This document shows positions 20,828 to 30,449 of a stretch of 64,000 nt of DNA, one piece after another (positions within the stretch are counted from its first letter, which is position 1; the number at the start of each line of letters is the position of its first letter). Source of the stretch: a virus; the IMG/VR virus record IMGVR_UViG_3300027759_003534, positions 118,567 to 182,566 of that record; one strand, given 5' to 3'. Under the pieces are notes generated by a model. That model was given only the letters and a program-made list of their open reading frames with translations, was not told the origin of the DNA and searched no databases. Both the position numbers and the translations under genes were made by a program.

Positions 20828-21869
20828 CGTATTCTACTTCTAGATCTGTTAATTCAGGATATAAGGGTAAACTTAATACTCGTCTACTTAAACTACTAGC
20901 AACACTTAATATATCAGTACCAGTATAATCTGAATAAGCAGGTAACTCGTGCAAGGGCTGTCGATAATGTACTCGAGTTTCAATACCTTTTATATCTAAA
21001 TTACGTGCAAGTATATCTCTAGCATCTACATCAATAACAAATTTGTGATAACAATGTGTTTCAAAGTTATTTGCATCAATTAAACTTCTAACTCCGCTAT
21101 TCTTTAAACGGCCCATCCAATATAATGCAATCGTCTTGCGACGAGCTTGCCACGCATCAATATACCGTGTTTTAATTAACATTTGCGCAGACTCTGTTTC
21201 ACTCATACGACTATTTGTTCCTATATTGGTATGAGCAGGCTTTCCATTATTTGTCCACTCGCGGGCAAATTCCAACAAGTCCATGTCATCGGTTACAACA
21301 GCGCCGCCATTGCCGTAGGCATTTAAGTTTTTCATAGGATCAAAACTAACGGCAGTAGCATTACCTATTCTATTACAGTTGTTGCTTAACCAATGTTGAG
21401 CACCATCTTCTATAATTAAATCTGTGCCCCAAAAGCGATCAGCATTTACTGCTGCACCGTATAAGCCAACCAACACAGTTGCTTGTACGCTTAGGTCGTG
21501 TGGTATTTTATTTTTGTTTAATAAGCCATGTGTGTCTGTATCGGCAATATATACTTCCCAACCAGCTCGCATAAATGCATTGGCAGTGGCCACATAAGTC
21601 ATTGCAGGTACGACCACCCTGGGTGGATTTGTGCTGGTTTGTGCGCGATAGTATTCGGCTATTATTTCTAAGGCTTGACTACCCGAGTGACAGGTCACAG
21701 CATACTTAGAGTGATTCTTTCGAGCTAACCAGTTTTCAAATTCAGCAGTATAATTGCCCGCCATGAGTTGACCCGAACGTAGCACTTCATCGGTGGCATC
21801 TAAGATCTCTGTGCGGAGATTATTATACTGTTTTTTGAGCCCAGTAAAGGGAATTTTAAGCCCGTTCAT
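20784..21869 (-). CDS. DegT/DnrJ/EryC1/StrS family PLP aminotransferase
   Basis: IIEDGAQH, SFDPMKNLNAYGNGGA, LSLPLYPEL. Confidence 0.95.
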   Translation of the reverse strand: MNGLKIPFTGLKKQYNNLRTEILDATDEVLRSGQLMAGNYTAEFENWLARKNHSKYAVTCHSGSQALEIIAEYYRAQTSTNPPRVVVPAMTYVATANAFMRAGWEVYIADTDTHGLLNKNKIPHDLSVQATVLVGLYGAAVNADRFWGTDLIIEDGAQHWLSNNCNRIGNATAVSFDPMKNLNAYGNGGAVVTDDMDLLEFAREWTNNGKPAHTNIGTNSRMSETESAQMLIKTRYIDAWQARRKTIALYWMGRLKNSGVRSLIDANNFETHCYHKFVIDVDARDILARNLDIKGIETRVHYRQPLHELPAYSDYTGTDILSVASSLSRRVLSLPLYPELTDLEVEYVIDSVLDSALTKHN

Positions 21870-21871
21870 TA

Positions 21872-22831
21872 TTATCTATTAAAATAAGGTGAATCTTTAA
21901 TCCATTTATAGTACCTTTGGAACCCTTCTTCAACATCAACTTTAGGATCGTAGCCAAGAATTACTCTAGCACGATTGATATCTAATGCTCCGCGACTGGG
22001 AAAGTCTGCACTTTTGTCTTGAACTTCTACTGTTCCTTTGCCTACAATTTCAACAATCATTTCTGCAGCTTTTAATAGTGTAACTGAATGTGATTTTGTA
22101 ATATTATATATGCGATTGGCACTCATGATACGGGTAGTGGCACTGACAATTCCGTCAACAACGTCGTCAACGTAGGTAAAGTCCAGGGTTTCCTCTGCAC
22201 CATTTACTCGAAGGATTTCTCCGCGCATGGCAGACAGCATGAATTTTGAAACAACTCGATCCTCGACATCAAGAGGACCATACACAGCACTGGGACGAAT
22301 AATAGTATAATCAAAAGCCCCGCGACGATGGTAATCTTTGACCAGTTGTTCTCCTGCCAGTTTCATAATGCCATATTGTCCAATAGGGTTGCATTCACTG
22401 TCCTCGGCAACCTGATCTTCAAAATCACCATATACCATTGAACTGCTAATATAAACAACACGTTCTACTTTATGACGTTTGGCACTCTCTAGAACATTAA
22501 TCAAGCCTTCCATCATGACTTGCGCACCCCACGCAGGATCGGCATTGACTACTTTTTGCCTGGGAAAACTAGCCAGGTGTATAACTGTATCTGGTTTATG
22601 CTCACGCACGACCCAATCAATTCCGTCGCGATCAGTGATATCAATTTGATAAATTCTATCTGTGACAATCTTTTTACGACGCTCGGCTATCAAGTAATCC
22701 AGTTCTGCTTGTGGCACAATACCATAGGTAGTTCTGGTATCGGTAATCACACAGGTATGACCCTTTGCTTCCAGGGCAGCCACTACATTGTGTCCAATAA
22801 ATCCTAAACCGCCGGTTACTAATATTTTCAT
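21872..22831 (-). CDS. NAD-dependent epimerase/dehydratase
   Basis: TGGLGFIG, YGIMK, IRPSAVYGP, LDFTYVDD. Confidence 0.95.
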   Translation of the reverse strand: MKILVTGGLGFIGHNVVAALEAKGHTCVITDTRTTYGIVPQAELDYLIAERRKKIVTDRIYQIDITDRDGIDWVVREHKPDTVIHLASFPRQKVVNADPAWGAQVMMEGLINVLESAKRHKVERVVYISSSMVYGDFEDQVAEDSECNPIGQYGIMKLAGEQLVKDYHRRGAFDYTIIRPSAVYGPLDVEDRVVSKFMLSAMRGEILRVNGAEETLDFTYVDDVVDGIVSATTRIMSANRIYNITKSHSVTLLKAAEMIVEIVGKGTVEVQDKSADFPSRGALDINRARVILGYDPKVDVEEGFQRYYKWIKDSPYFNR

Positions 22832-23355
22832 AATTCTGGCTCATTAAATGTCATGCACTGTAATCCCAGTCTGGGAAATACAATATTTTCTTCGCACCAA
22901 ACATCATGCGGTATTCCTGCGTTGATAACACACGGAGCAATCACTTCCATACGACCAATTTCTTCAAGCTCGTTGGGATTAGTAAACTGTTGTCCGCCTA
23001 GAGAATTTACAGTAACAGTAGGATTTAAAACCGTTGTACGGAACCATCGATTAAATGTTCCAGCAGTATTGTGTATAGGCCAACTCAGCTTGTTCACAGC
23101 CGGCAGAGTATCAATGTGAATTCCACAACATTCTCTGGTTTGCCCCACAGTCAGTGCTACAGAATGCAACTTTAATCCCACACCGTTGGCCCAGATATAA
23201 AATTCAGGAGCTGCCTTTAGAAACTCCACAGTGTTGAGGGGATTCCAAAACTGAGTAGTTGATTCAACAATGCCAGTTGATTGCACATAGGACTTTATCT
23301 GTTGATTGATATGATCATAATTTGCGCAATCTAATTTTTTATATAGTTTAATCAT
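22828..23355 (-). CDS. Hypothetical protein, cupin/2OG-Fe(II) oxygenase-like
   Basis: HID and IPHDV fit an HxD...H triad; ATG 23355 overlaps upstream stop. Confidence 0.4.
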   Translation of the reverse strand: MIKLYKKLDCANYDHINQQIKSYVQSTGIVESTTQFWNPLNTVEFLKAAPEFYIWANGVGLKLHSVALTVGQTRECCGIHIDTLPAVNKLSWPIHNTAGTFNRWFRTTVLNPTVTVNSLGGQQFTNPNELEEIGRMEVIAPCVINAGIPHDVWCEENIVFPRLGLQCMTFNEPEL

Positions 23356-24925
23356 ATCCCATGGCCTTGGCAATTTCTTTGTGTGTACTAGAGAAATTTT
23401 CATTTCTCCAATGATCCTTTTGCTTCATCTCTTGTATAAATGTTGTGTTGTCTGAGTATTTTTGCTCTTGTAGCAGGCACAATACCGACTGTATTTTTTT
23501 CCTGGCTTCGTTGTTGAATTTCCACTGAGACAATTTGTTCAAGGTCATTAGTCTGGCCTGCTCGGTTAAATTACTTACGCTGAGATACTCTGGATGAGTC
23601 AGCAAGTTTAGATAATAATGATCAAACTGTTGACGGTCTATCCACTCAATCAGTTCGGGTAGATAAAATACATTCTGAATATTTACTGTAACACACACGC
23701 CTATTTTTAATTTTGAGTTGGCAGATCTTATCTGTTTAAACTGATCTAGGTTAGCAACAACCAAATCCCAGTCAGCACCCTTGCGTTCATAGTTGAATTT
23801 TTCCCCGACGTTGTCTATACTAACAGTGACCACTAGCCTTTTAAATTGATCCACTTGCTTAAAGATATCTGGGCACAGAGTACCATTGGTAGTAATATCA
23901 AATATACAGTCCTGACTGTGTCCTTGATCTATCAAATACTGCATAAAATCTAAATTCTGTTTTAGCATAAGTGGCTCGCCACCTAAAAACTCAAACACTT
24001 TGATTTGCCCGGCACGCTGTTTAAGTGAATCCCAAAACTCGTTTTTCTTTTTTGCCCAGCTGGTGTTTTCGGTCCATTGATAAGCAGGATGCTGTTTGCG
24101 TTGATCTTGTGGTATCTGAGACAACTGCTCAGCTGCCACAGTTGAACTAAAACTTGGATCGCAAATGCGACATTTTAGATTGCACAAGTTTCCAAGATGC
24201 CCACCCACATAACGCAAGTTGTTTGAGACATCATTGCTTTCCCAATCAATTAGTCCCCAAATATTTTCTAATCTATAAGAAGACAATGTACGACGCGAAT
24301 CAACGCCCATCTGTTCTCTTTTGGTGCAATTTGCACAACCCACAGGATCAATATTGTTTCTCATCTGATCTCTAACATTGCTCATGTAATCACTAGAGAC
24401 TATGGTTTCAATTGAGTGTTGTTTGATATTGTACGGAACACCGTCTGGGTCTGTGATTGTTCCTTTGTAATCACAGCATACTCCGGCTGTGCCATCAGTC
24501 CAGACATGCAATCCAGCCCAGGCATGAGCACACATTTTTTTGTTGGCGTTGAACAGTGGAATTGTATCTAAACACAGCACGTCAGTTCTTGTTACCTGTG
24601 TTTGATGTACAGTAATTGGAGAAGTCAGTGATCTAAAAAAATCTGCTGTTTGATGTTGATTGGTATAAATTTCAACAAAGTAGGGACTGATGTCAAGATA
24701 GTTAATTATACTAGCAACATGATCTAGTGTTGCCGGTTGTAACGGTTTAGCATTACATAAAATAAATCTATAATTGTTGTTGTAGGCCGTCTGTTGAAAT
24801 GATACTAGGGTTTTATAAAATGTAGAACTGGGACTGTGTTCAAGATCCTCAAGAAAGATCCAGCAATCAACTTTATATTGTTTACTTAAATCACTTTTAA
24901 GTTGCTCAAACTCTATTATTTTCAT
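23348..24925 (-). CDS. Radical SAM/twitch protein with N-terminal extension
   Basis: CAHAW..VCC..CANC, CNLKCRIC, LGGEP; N-extension like that of 5373 ORF. Confidence 0.9.
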   Translation of the reverse strand: MKIIEFEQLKSDLSKQYKVDCWIFLEDLEHSPSSTFYKTLVSFQQTAYNNNYRFILCNAKPLQPATLDHVASIINYLDISPYFVEIYTNQHQTADFFRSLTSPITVHQTQVTRTDVLCLDTIPLFNANKKMCAHAWAGLHVWTDGTAGVCCDYKGTITDPDGVPYNIKQHSIETIVSSDYMSNVRDQMRNNIDPVGCANCTKREQMGVDSRRTLSSYRLENIWGLIDWESNDVSNNLRYVGGHLGNLCNLKCRICDPSFSSTVAAEQLSQIPQDQRKQHPAYQWTENTSWAKKKNEFWDSLKQRAGQIKVFEFLGGEPLMLKQNLDFMQYLIDQGHSQDCIFDITTNGTLCPDIFKQVDQFKRLVVTVSIDNVGEKFNYERKGADWDLVVANLDQFKQIRSANSKLKIGVCVTVNIQNVFYLPELIEWIDRQQFDHYYLNLLTHPEYLSVSNLTEQARLMTLNKLSQWKFNNEARKKIQSVLCLLQEQKYSDNTTFIQEMKQKDHWRNENFSSTHKEIAKAMGYD

Positions 24926-25161
24926 TTGCCCCACCGTAGTAAGTATTCTGTGGCTAATTGATCTTCTACTAGACCGTACACAATGATTTTGTGTCCCCAG
25001 TTGTGTTCATCGGCTCGTACAATGTATTGTGGGTCTGAACAGTTTTTCATCGCCCACTGACCTTGTTCTGTTTGTTGCCACTCATATAATGGTTGTGCGA
25101 CATAGAGTTCTGGATCCTCTACATCGCCCATACTAAAAGAATGGAATGTAATTTTTTGCAC
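24922..25161 (-). CDS. Small hypothetical protein (C-terminal YLLRW motif)
   Basis: 79-aa GTG-start ORF coupled to neighbours. Confidence 0.7.
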   Translation of the reverse strand: MQKITFHSFSMGDVEDPELYVAQPLYEWQQTEQGQWAMKNCSDPQYIVRADEHNWGHKIIVYGLVEDQLATEYLLRWGK

Positions 25162-25629
25162 TTATTTTTTCTTGTGCAATTCTGCTGTTGCCACACGTTG
25201 GCGCAGTCCTGAACTACTAAAACTATGATCTCGTCCATTAAAAATTGGAACAATACCGCGAACAGTTCCTTCTTTTTTACCAGTATATTCTTTGTCTTGA
25301 TACTCAACACCAAGTACACGAACATCCAACGGAAGTATTAGCAATAGGTCTACTAGATCCTGTTCGGTTTGATATACTACTACTTCATCCACATAACGAC
25401 ATGCAGCCAGCTGTATTTGACGCTCCACAATACTTTGAACTGGTTTGTTCTTGGTATCAGGACGATCAATTGTTGGATCTGTTTGCAAGCCAGCAATCAA
25501 ATAATCGCAATGATTCTTTGCTTCAGCCAACATGGCAATATGTCCTGCGTGTAACATGTCAAAGGTACTGAAGGTAATGCCAATCTTTTTACCTTCTTCT
25601 TTGAGTTTACGTATGTGATTGAATATCAT
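25162..25629 (-). CDS. Cytidylyltransferase (glycerol-3-phosphate cytidylyltransferase-like)
   Basis: FDMLHAGH HxGH motif, YLIAGLQTD, HSFSSS. Confidence 0.9.
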   Translation of the reverse strand: MIFNHIRKLKEEGKKIGITFSTFDMLHAGHIAMLAEAKNHCDYLIAGLQTDPTIDRPDTKNKPVQSIVERQIQLAACRYVDEVVVYQTEQDLVDLLLILPLDVRVLGVEYQDKEYTGKKEGTVRGIVPIFNGRDHSFSSSGLRQRVATAELHKKK

Positions 25630-25653
25630 ACTACCATTATAACAGAAAGTCTG

Positions 25654-26316
25654 TTAGTTCACAAGAAATTCAGTGACCATTGGGAAGATTAATTCGAGTG
25701 CGACGGCACATGCCTGCGCAATTTCTCTATGTTCCTTTTGTGTTTCTGGACCACTACGCAATTCAATATAGTGCAACCAGCTACGAAGAGTGCCTTGCAT
25801 ATACAAACGACTAGTGGTAATACCTTCTGGTAATACAGCACGAGCCTGCTCTTTAGCAATACCACTTCTAATAGCCCAGTTGTACACTTCTTGAGTTGTT
25901 TCGACCACTCGTTGTTGCTTTAATTGCCAGGCTGAACTCAATGCAGGATCTTCAATTTCAATACTGTTTTGGCGATTCTTAGTGTCTTGCAGTCTAGCTT
26001 CTTTGTATTCTATGCCCAAGTCTGCTACAGCATACCGCTGGCTAAACTCTTGAAATGAGAAACTACGATGACGTAGGATTTGTCTAGCAATATCGCGTGT
26101 GGTTTCAATTTCTAAACAAGCCGACACCATTTCTAATGGACTCCAGTGCTGGTGTTTGATAAGATAGCGAATGAGCTTTTCGCTGGTGTCTGTGTTGGTT
26201 TGATTACCAGGATTGCTAACTCTAGCGCAGAATGCAACCAACTCTTGGGCATTTAATATACCCTGGGCCGCTAATTCTGCGCTAGGTTGGCTCGACGAAA
26301 CCAGTGAGACTTTCAA
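25654..26316 (-). CDS. thyX: FAD-dependent thymidylate synthase
   Basis: RHRSFSFQEFSQRY signature; HWSPLEM; ARAVLP. Confidence 0.95.
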   Translation of the reverse strand: MKVSLVSSSQPSAELAAQGILNAQELVAFCARVSNPGNQTNTDTSEKLIRYLIKHQHWSPLEMVSACLEIETTRDIARQILRHRSFSFQEFSQRYAVADLGIEYKEARLQDTKNRQNSIEIEDPALSSAWQLKQQRVVETTQEVYNWAIRSGIAKEQARAVLPEGITTSRLYMQGTLRSWLHYIELRSGPETQKEHREIAQACAVALELIFPMVTEFLVN

Positions 26317-26615
26317 ATTTTTCCTAACAGCTTGTCGGTTTCGGGTTGTACAAGATTTGCCACAGCAGTAACATCTACCACAAAGTCTACATCGCGAATT
26401 TGATGATCGTTCTCACTAAAAAATCTAGTGAGCATCTGTTCAACTTCTGCTAGGTCCAGGCCCTGCTTTAACAAGGTATGAACATTGATAGTTTTTTGTT
26501 TACCACCTGCAAGTTTAATTACAACTTTCTTGATACATTCTAAGGGAACATCAGTTTTGTTTACATCAGCAAGAATGTGTTCCCATTGGGTTAAGAAATC
26601 ATCCGTGTGTTGCAT
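26313..26615 (-). CDS. Hypothetical protein
   Basis: ATG 26615 (MQHTDDFLTQW) preferred over track start. Confidence 0.7.
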   Translation of the reverse strand: MQHTDDFLTQWEHILADVNKTDVPLECIKKVVIKLAGGKQKTINVHTLLKQGLDLAEVEQMLTRFFSENDHQIRDVDFVVDVTAVANLVQPETDKLLGKI

Positions 26616-27360
26616 CTGCCGCCACAGTCTTAGGTTTGTTAGGACCACGGCCGCGACGCTTAGGCGCTTCCGTAACTGGGGCTTCGGATTGTACATTTGG
26701 TGCTACGGCTCTTGCTGACACTGTAGGATCCATACGTTCTGCATCTTTCTTCATTCTAGCAGCTTCTGCTACCATGTTTCTAGCATTGATTTCCATGGCT
26801 TTAGCCTGCGACAACATATTAGCGGCAATGTCGCGATCACTTAAGGCACCGTCTTGTCCAGCCGTTAATGTTGGAGGTACAACCATGCCTGGGTTAGCGG
26901 CAGCAACTTGCTGGGCCTTGTAAGCGGCTTCGGCGGCACGTTTAACGTCAGGAGCAACCATACCACGGCTAGCATCATTTTCGGCCATCTTCTTGATAGC
27001 AGCTTCACCCTGCTTCATTTCGTTTAGCATCTTGTTAAGTTCATCCAACCGAATCTTGGCATCTGGTGTTGGAGTTACAATAATATCACTGGTACGAAGT
27101 TTCTTAATCATACGCTCTTGGTGTAGAGTTTCTAACACAGGACGACCATCGGGCAAATAACTACGATGTAGCGCATCGGCAAGCTCTTCGCTTTGTTGTG
27201 CCACATCGCTTTCTAATGCCTTCTGGATTGAGTCTTGCCAGTGTGCGTGTAGCGTGTCTGGATAGATGACCAAGCACATGTGATCTTCGCCCGGGACCTG
27301 GCGGAACAGGATACAGACTTTACGGTCTCCGTGTTTACCTACGTGTTTCATAAATGCCAT
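26599..27360 (-). CDS. Hypothetical protein
   Basis: ATG 27360 with GGAGAA Shine-Dalgarno. Confidence 0.8.
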   Translation of the reverse strand: MAFMKHVGKHGDRKVCILFRQVPGEDHMCLVIYPDTLHAHWQDSIQKALESDVAQQSEELADALHRSYLPDGRPVLETLHQERMIKKLRTSDIIVTPTPDAKIRLDELNKMLNEMKQGEAAIKKMAENDASRGMVAPDVKRAAEAAYKAQQVAAANPGMVVPPTLTAGQDGALSDRDIAANMLSQAKAMEINARNMVAEAARMKKDAERMDPTVSARAVAPNVQSEAPVTEAPKRRGRGPNKPKTVAADATHG

Positions 27361-27361
27361 G

Positions 27362-27571
27362 TTATTCTCCTTGAGTTTCGCCGGCTTCAGCGTTTGTTGC
27401 TTCTTGGGCTTTCGCCTGTTCAATCACTGCTTCTAAAAATACAGTGAGCTTGTCATACACCACACCCACTTGACTAAGTTCTGCACCGCGAAATGCACCA
27501 CGAGTGCAAGCTAGGTCGATAATGTTTTTAATAGTATCAAGATCTGCAATTGTAATTTGTGTATTATCCAT
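27362..27571 (-). CDS. Hypothetical protein
   Basis: 69-aa ORF, ATG 5 nt after a TAAATA box. Confidence 0.75.
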   Translation of the reverse strand: MDNTQITIADLDTIKNIIDLACTRGAFRGAELSQVGVVYDKLTVFLEAVIEQAKAQEATNAEAGETQGE

Positions 27572-27616
27572 ATAGATATTTACGACTAATATAGGTACTT
27601 AATTTATTTTTTAAAC

Positions 27617-27643
27617 AAAAAACACCCCATTTAGGGGTGTTTT
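27617..27643 (-). terminator. Intrinsic terminator
   Basis: AAAACACCCC-TAAAT-GGGGTGTTTT followed by T tract. Confidence 0.85.
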
Positions 27644-27661
27644 GGTTAAACTGATGTAAAG

Positions 27662-27829
27662 TTATCTACGGTTTAAGTAGTAGTTAGCAACGGCGATAGC
27701 CCAGAAGACCAATGCCGCATCAAATTCACCTTGACTAAATTTTTCTGCTCCGGCAGCTGCTAGAATACCGATTATAAACCAATTAATTTCTGTAAAATTT
27801 CTTTGATACCACTGTCTAAATTTATTCAT
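27662..27829 (-). CDS. 55-aa putative membrane peptide (MNKFRQWY...)
   Basis: Below track cutoff; two hydrophobic stretches; start overlaps upstream ORF end. Confidence 0.65.
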   Translation of the reverse strand: MNKFRQWYQRNFTEINWFIIGILAAAGAEKFSQGEFDAALVFWAIAVANYYLNRR

Positions 27830-28013
27830 CTTCTTCTCTATTAAGTTCTAAATCCTGCCCAACCATGTCTACCATGCAACTGTAGCAGGTAGGGCAAAAT
27901 GCTACAGGTAATATTCCAAAGTGTCCTTGTATGCCACCTTCGTCGTCGGCAAACTCACAGGAGCATACATTACAATTGTGATCAGTACCTACATGTTCAA
28001 ATCCTACAATCAT
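27822..28013 (-). CDS. Small CxxC..CxxC putative zinc-binding protein
   Basis: CNVC and CPTCYSC. Confidence 0.6.
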   Translation of the reverse strand: MIVGFEHVGTDHNCNVCSCEFADDEGGIQGHFGILPVAFCPTCYSCMVDMVGQDLELNREEDE

Positions 28014-28408
28014 GGTGTTTCCTTAACAATGTTTTTGTATCCGGCCCAACTTGGATGAATACCATCTGGTTGTAGTCGGGTAATAGGTAATACTATATCT
28101 CCGTTTTCTGTTGCTACCTTACGAACAATTTCTTGAATGTCGGGCTTAACGGCCGGCAAGATCCAATATACCCGATTGGCTTTTGTTAGCTGTCGTATAG
28201 TTTGCAGTTCACTTTCTGTTTTAATATACTTGTGATCGTTTGATCCTAAACTGATGATAACAGTTTTAGCAATATAAGGACTTTTGCCTACATTACGATC
28301 GACCCACTGTTTGCTATTGAGTCCTCCGGTGGCATAGGCTACACATTCTTGCTTGAACATATGAGTTCCTACAGCAATACTATCACCCATTATTAAACAA
28401 TCGATCAT
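28010..28408 (-). CDS. SGNH hydrolase-like protein
   Basis: GDSIAVG, SLGSND, DGIHP; ATG 28408 overlaps upstream TGA. Confidence 0.75.
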   Translation of the reverse strand: MIDCLIMGDSIAVGTHMFKQECVAYATGGLNSKQWVDRNVGKSPYIAKTVIISLGSNDHKYIKTESELQTIRQLTKANRVYWILPAVKPDIQEIVRKVATENGDIVLPITRLQPDGIHPSWAGYKNIVKETP

Positions 28409-28632
28409 TTTGTATCTCTCAAATATGGTGGTATGTCTGTGTCTGCAATAGCCAGGCCAAAATGTTCTTTGATAATGAGATTCCAAGGCCGACCACGGCC
28501 AAATATGTTGTAACTGTAGGCCAAGTCAGCACAGTCCTGAATGATCAATTGGGCAAACAAGTCTAAGCCTTCTTGATCAGGATTATCATCGATACCTGCG
28601 GCCTGTTTAAGTTTGTTAATATTCTCGTTCAT
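28405..28632 (-). CDS. Hypothetical protein
   Basis: 75-aa coupled ORF. Confidence 0.65.
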   Translation of the reverse strand: MNENINKLKQAAGIDDNPDQEGLDLFAQLIIQDCADLAYSYNIFGRGRPWNLIIKEHFGLAIADTDIPPYLRDTK

Positions 28633-28633
28633 A

Positions 28634-29080
28634 TTAAGTCTTTAAACATTCACTACGATGGATTACAGTGTACTCTGGTATGGTGCGCCAACTAAGTATG
28701 CCAACCCATATAGCCATACATACTGCAAATCCAATCCAAAATTGTTTTGTCATTCGCTAGTATCCACAGCAACAATAATAATTACTACCGCAATCAATAC
28801 GAAAGTAATCCACATGGCCATTAGTAGTTCTCCTTAACGATGTAATATTGCGGCTTCGTATATTCTTCAACGATCCGTTGTTCTTTGATAAATCGATTCA
28901 TTTCGGGTGCCGTAAAAAACATTTTATGTACTACCGGCTTGTGAGTTGCAGTATCTACTACACTTAGGTACCAGGATTTGACAGCCATTATTTTTCACTC
29001 CAAGGATCATATGCAGGAATCTCAACAAACAAGTATAAGATACAAAGTAATGCAACAAAATTAAGTACAATATCGATCAT
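28634..29080 (-). other. Chain of four micro-ORFs (39, 23, 55, 30 aa): 28634-28753, 28750-28821, 28821-28988, 28988-29080
   Basis: Each start overlaps the preceding stop; three are hydrophobic. Confidence 0.55.
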
Positions 29081-30372
29081 TAGTGTTGACTTTCTTCTTC
29101 ATAGTAAGCGTATTGACCAAACGGTGGCACAATGCTTGTGGTACCGTGCATGATAAAAACTGTATCGCAATACTGCTCATCACCCCACGACCCATTAGGA
29201 TAACCGTCTGTGAACATGATATGACGCTTGGGTTCAATTTCGTTAGCTTTGAAGTATTCAAATACTGAATCAAAGTCTGTACCACCACCACCGTGGATTT
29301 CATAGCCGGTGATATCATCCAAGTTCTCTGAATCAAACTGTCGAGGATTGTAAACCTGCGTATCAAATGATAATACATGAATGCGATATGCTGGAAATTG
29401 TTCCATGATACCTGCTACTTCACTTAGGAAGTCTTTGAGCATGCGTTCGCCCATTGACCCGCTAGCATCAATACTGACAGCAATATCAATCATTGGATCC
29501 AGCTTCATACCGGGCATAACGGCATCCATATGCCAACCTCTGCGACTGTTGCGCATCCAGGTGTAGTCACTCTTGATAGTGCTTTCTAATTGCATACGGA
29601 GCAATTCACGCCAGTTCATCTTGGGTGCAGTCATGTCTTCAATAATACGCTTGACACCGGCTGGCAAGTTGCCTGCACCATCACTGGCACTTGCTGCGGC
29701 TAAGACAGCTTCTTTAATTTCGTCACGTATTTTTTGTTTTTCTTCTGCACTTATTTTAGGACGACCTTTACCCTTACCACTTTTTTCATCGCCATCACCT
29801 TCACCACTGGCATCGTTGCCTTCGCCATCTAAGTGTTCGTCTAGCATTTTGTCAATCAAACTGCTGATGTCGATCTTTTCGGCATTTTCGTACAAGATAT
29901 CATAGATCTCTTCTGAACTCATACCTTCGTATTTGTGATCATATAAACAAGGCACACTGGTAATAAACTCGCCTACCCGATGTTTCTTCAAGTCGCCATT
30001 TACACAATAATCATTGGCAATATTAAACAGCATAGGATCACGATCTCCACGACGACCAAAGTGATCATACACACAATGCAAGACCTCGTGACCAAACAAG
30101 AATTCAAGTTCTTTGGGTTTGAGCAGCTCTACAAATCGAGTATTATAATAAAAATTACGCCCGTCTGTGGCGGCAGTAGGACACCATTCGTCAGCATTTA
30201 CTAATTTCAGTCTAGTGGCCAAGTTACCAAAAAAGCTGGCACGGAGCAATAAACCCACACGGGCAGTGATCAATTTTTCACGAACTTCACGATCCAATTT
30301 AGGATCAGTAGGACCACACAAATCTTTGAACTTATCTGATTCTTTTTTGTTTACTGAAGTAGCTGTGCTCAT
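29080..30372 (-). CDS. VWA-domain protein with N-terminal HEXXH metallopeptidase-like domain (DUF2201-like)
   Basis: TAATDG, HEVLH, DASGS MIDAS, GGGGTDF, FTDG. Confidence 0.9.
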   Translation of the reverse strand: MSTATSVNKKESDKFKDLCGPTDPKLDREVREKLITARVGLLLRASFFGNLATRLKLVNADEWCPTAATDGRNFYYNTRFVELLKPKELEFLFGHEVLHCVYDHFGRRGDRDPMLFNIANDYCVNGDLKKHRVGEFITSVPCLYDHKYEGMSSEEIYDILYENAEKIDISSLIDKMLDEHLDGEGNDASGEGDGDEKSGKGKGRPKISAEEKQKIRDEIKEAVLAAASASDGAGNLPAGVKRIIEDMTAPKMNWRELLRMQLESTIKSDYTWMRNSRRGWHMDAVMPGMKLDPMIDIAVSIDASGSMGERMLKDFLSEVAGIMEQFPAYRIHVLSFDTQVYNPRQFDSENLDDITGYEIHGGGGTDFDSVFEYFKANEIEPKRHIMFTDGYPNGSWGDEQYCDTVFIMHGTTSIVPPFGQYAYYEEESQH

Positions 30373-30389
30373 AAGTGTCCTAATTATTA

Positions 30390-30431
30390 ACTATACTACT
30401 ATTATATACGAAATGGAATTAATGGTCAACC
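30390..30431 (-). promoter_or_regulatory. sigma70 promoter TTGACC-N17-TATAAT with AGTAGTATAGT downstream
   Basis: -35 at 30424-30429, -10 at 30401-30406; near copy at 35719-35760. Confidence 0.85.
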
Positions 30432-30449
30432 GTTAGTTATTGCGGTATT

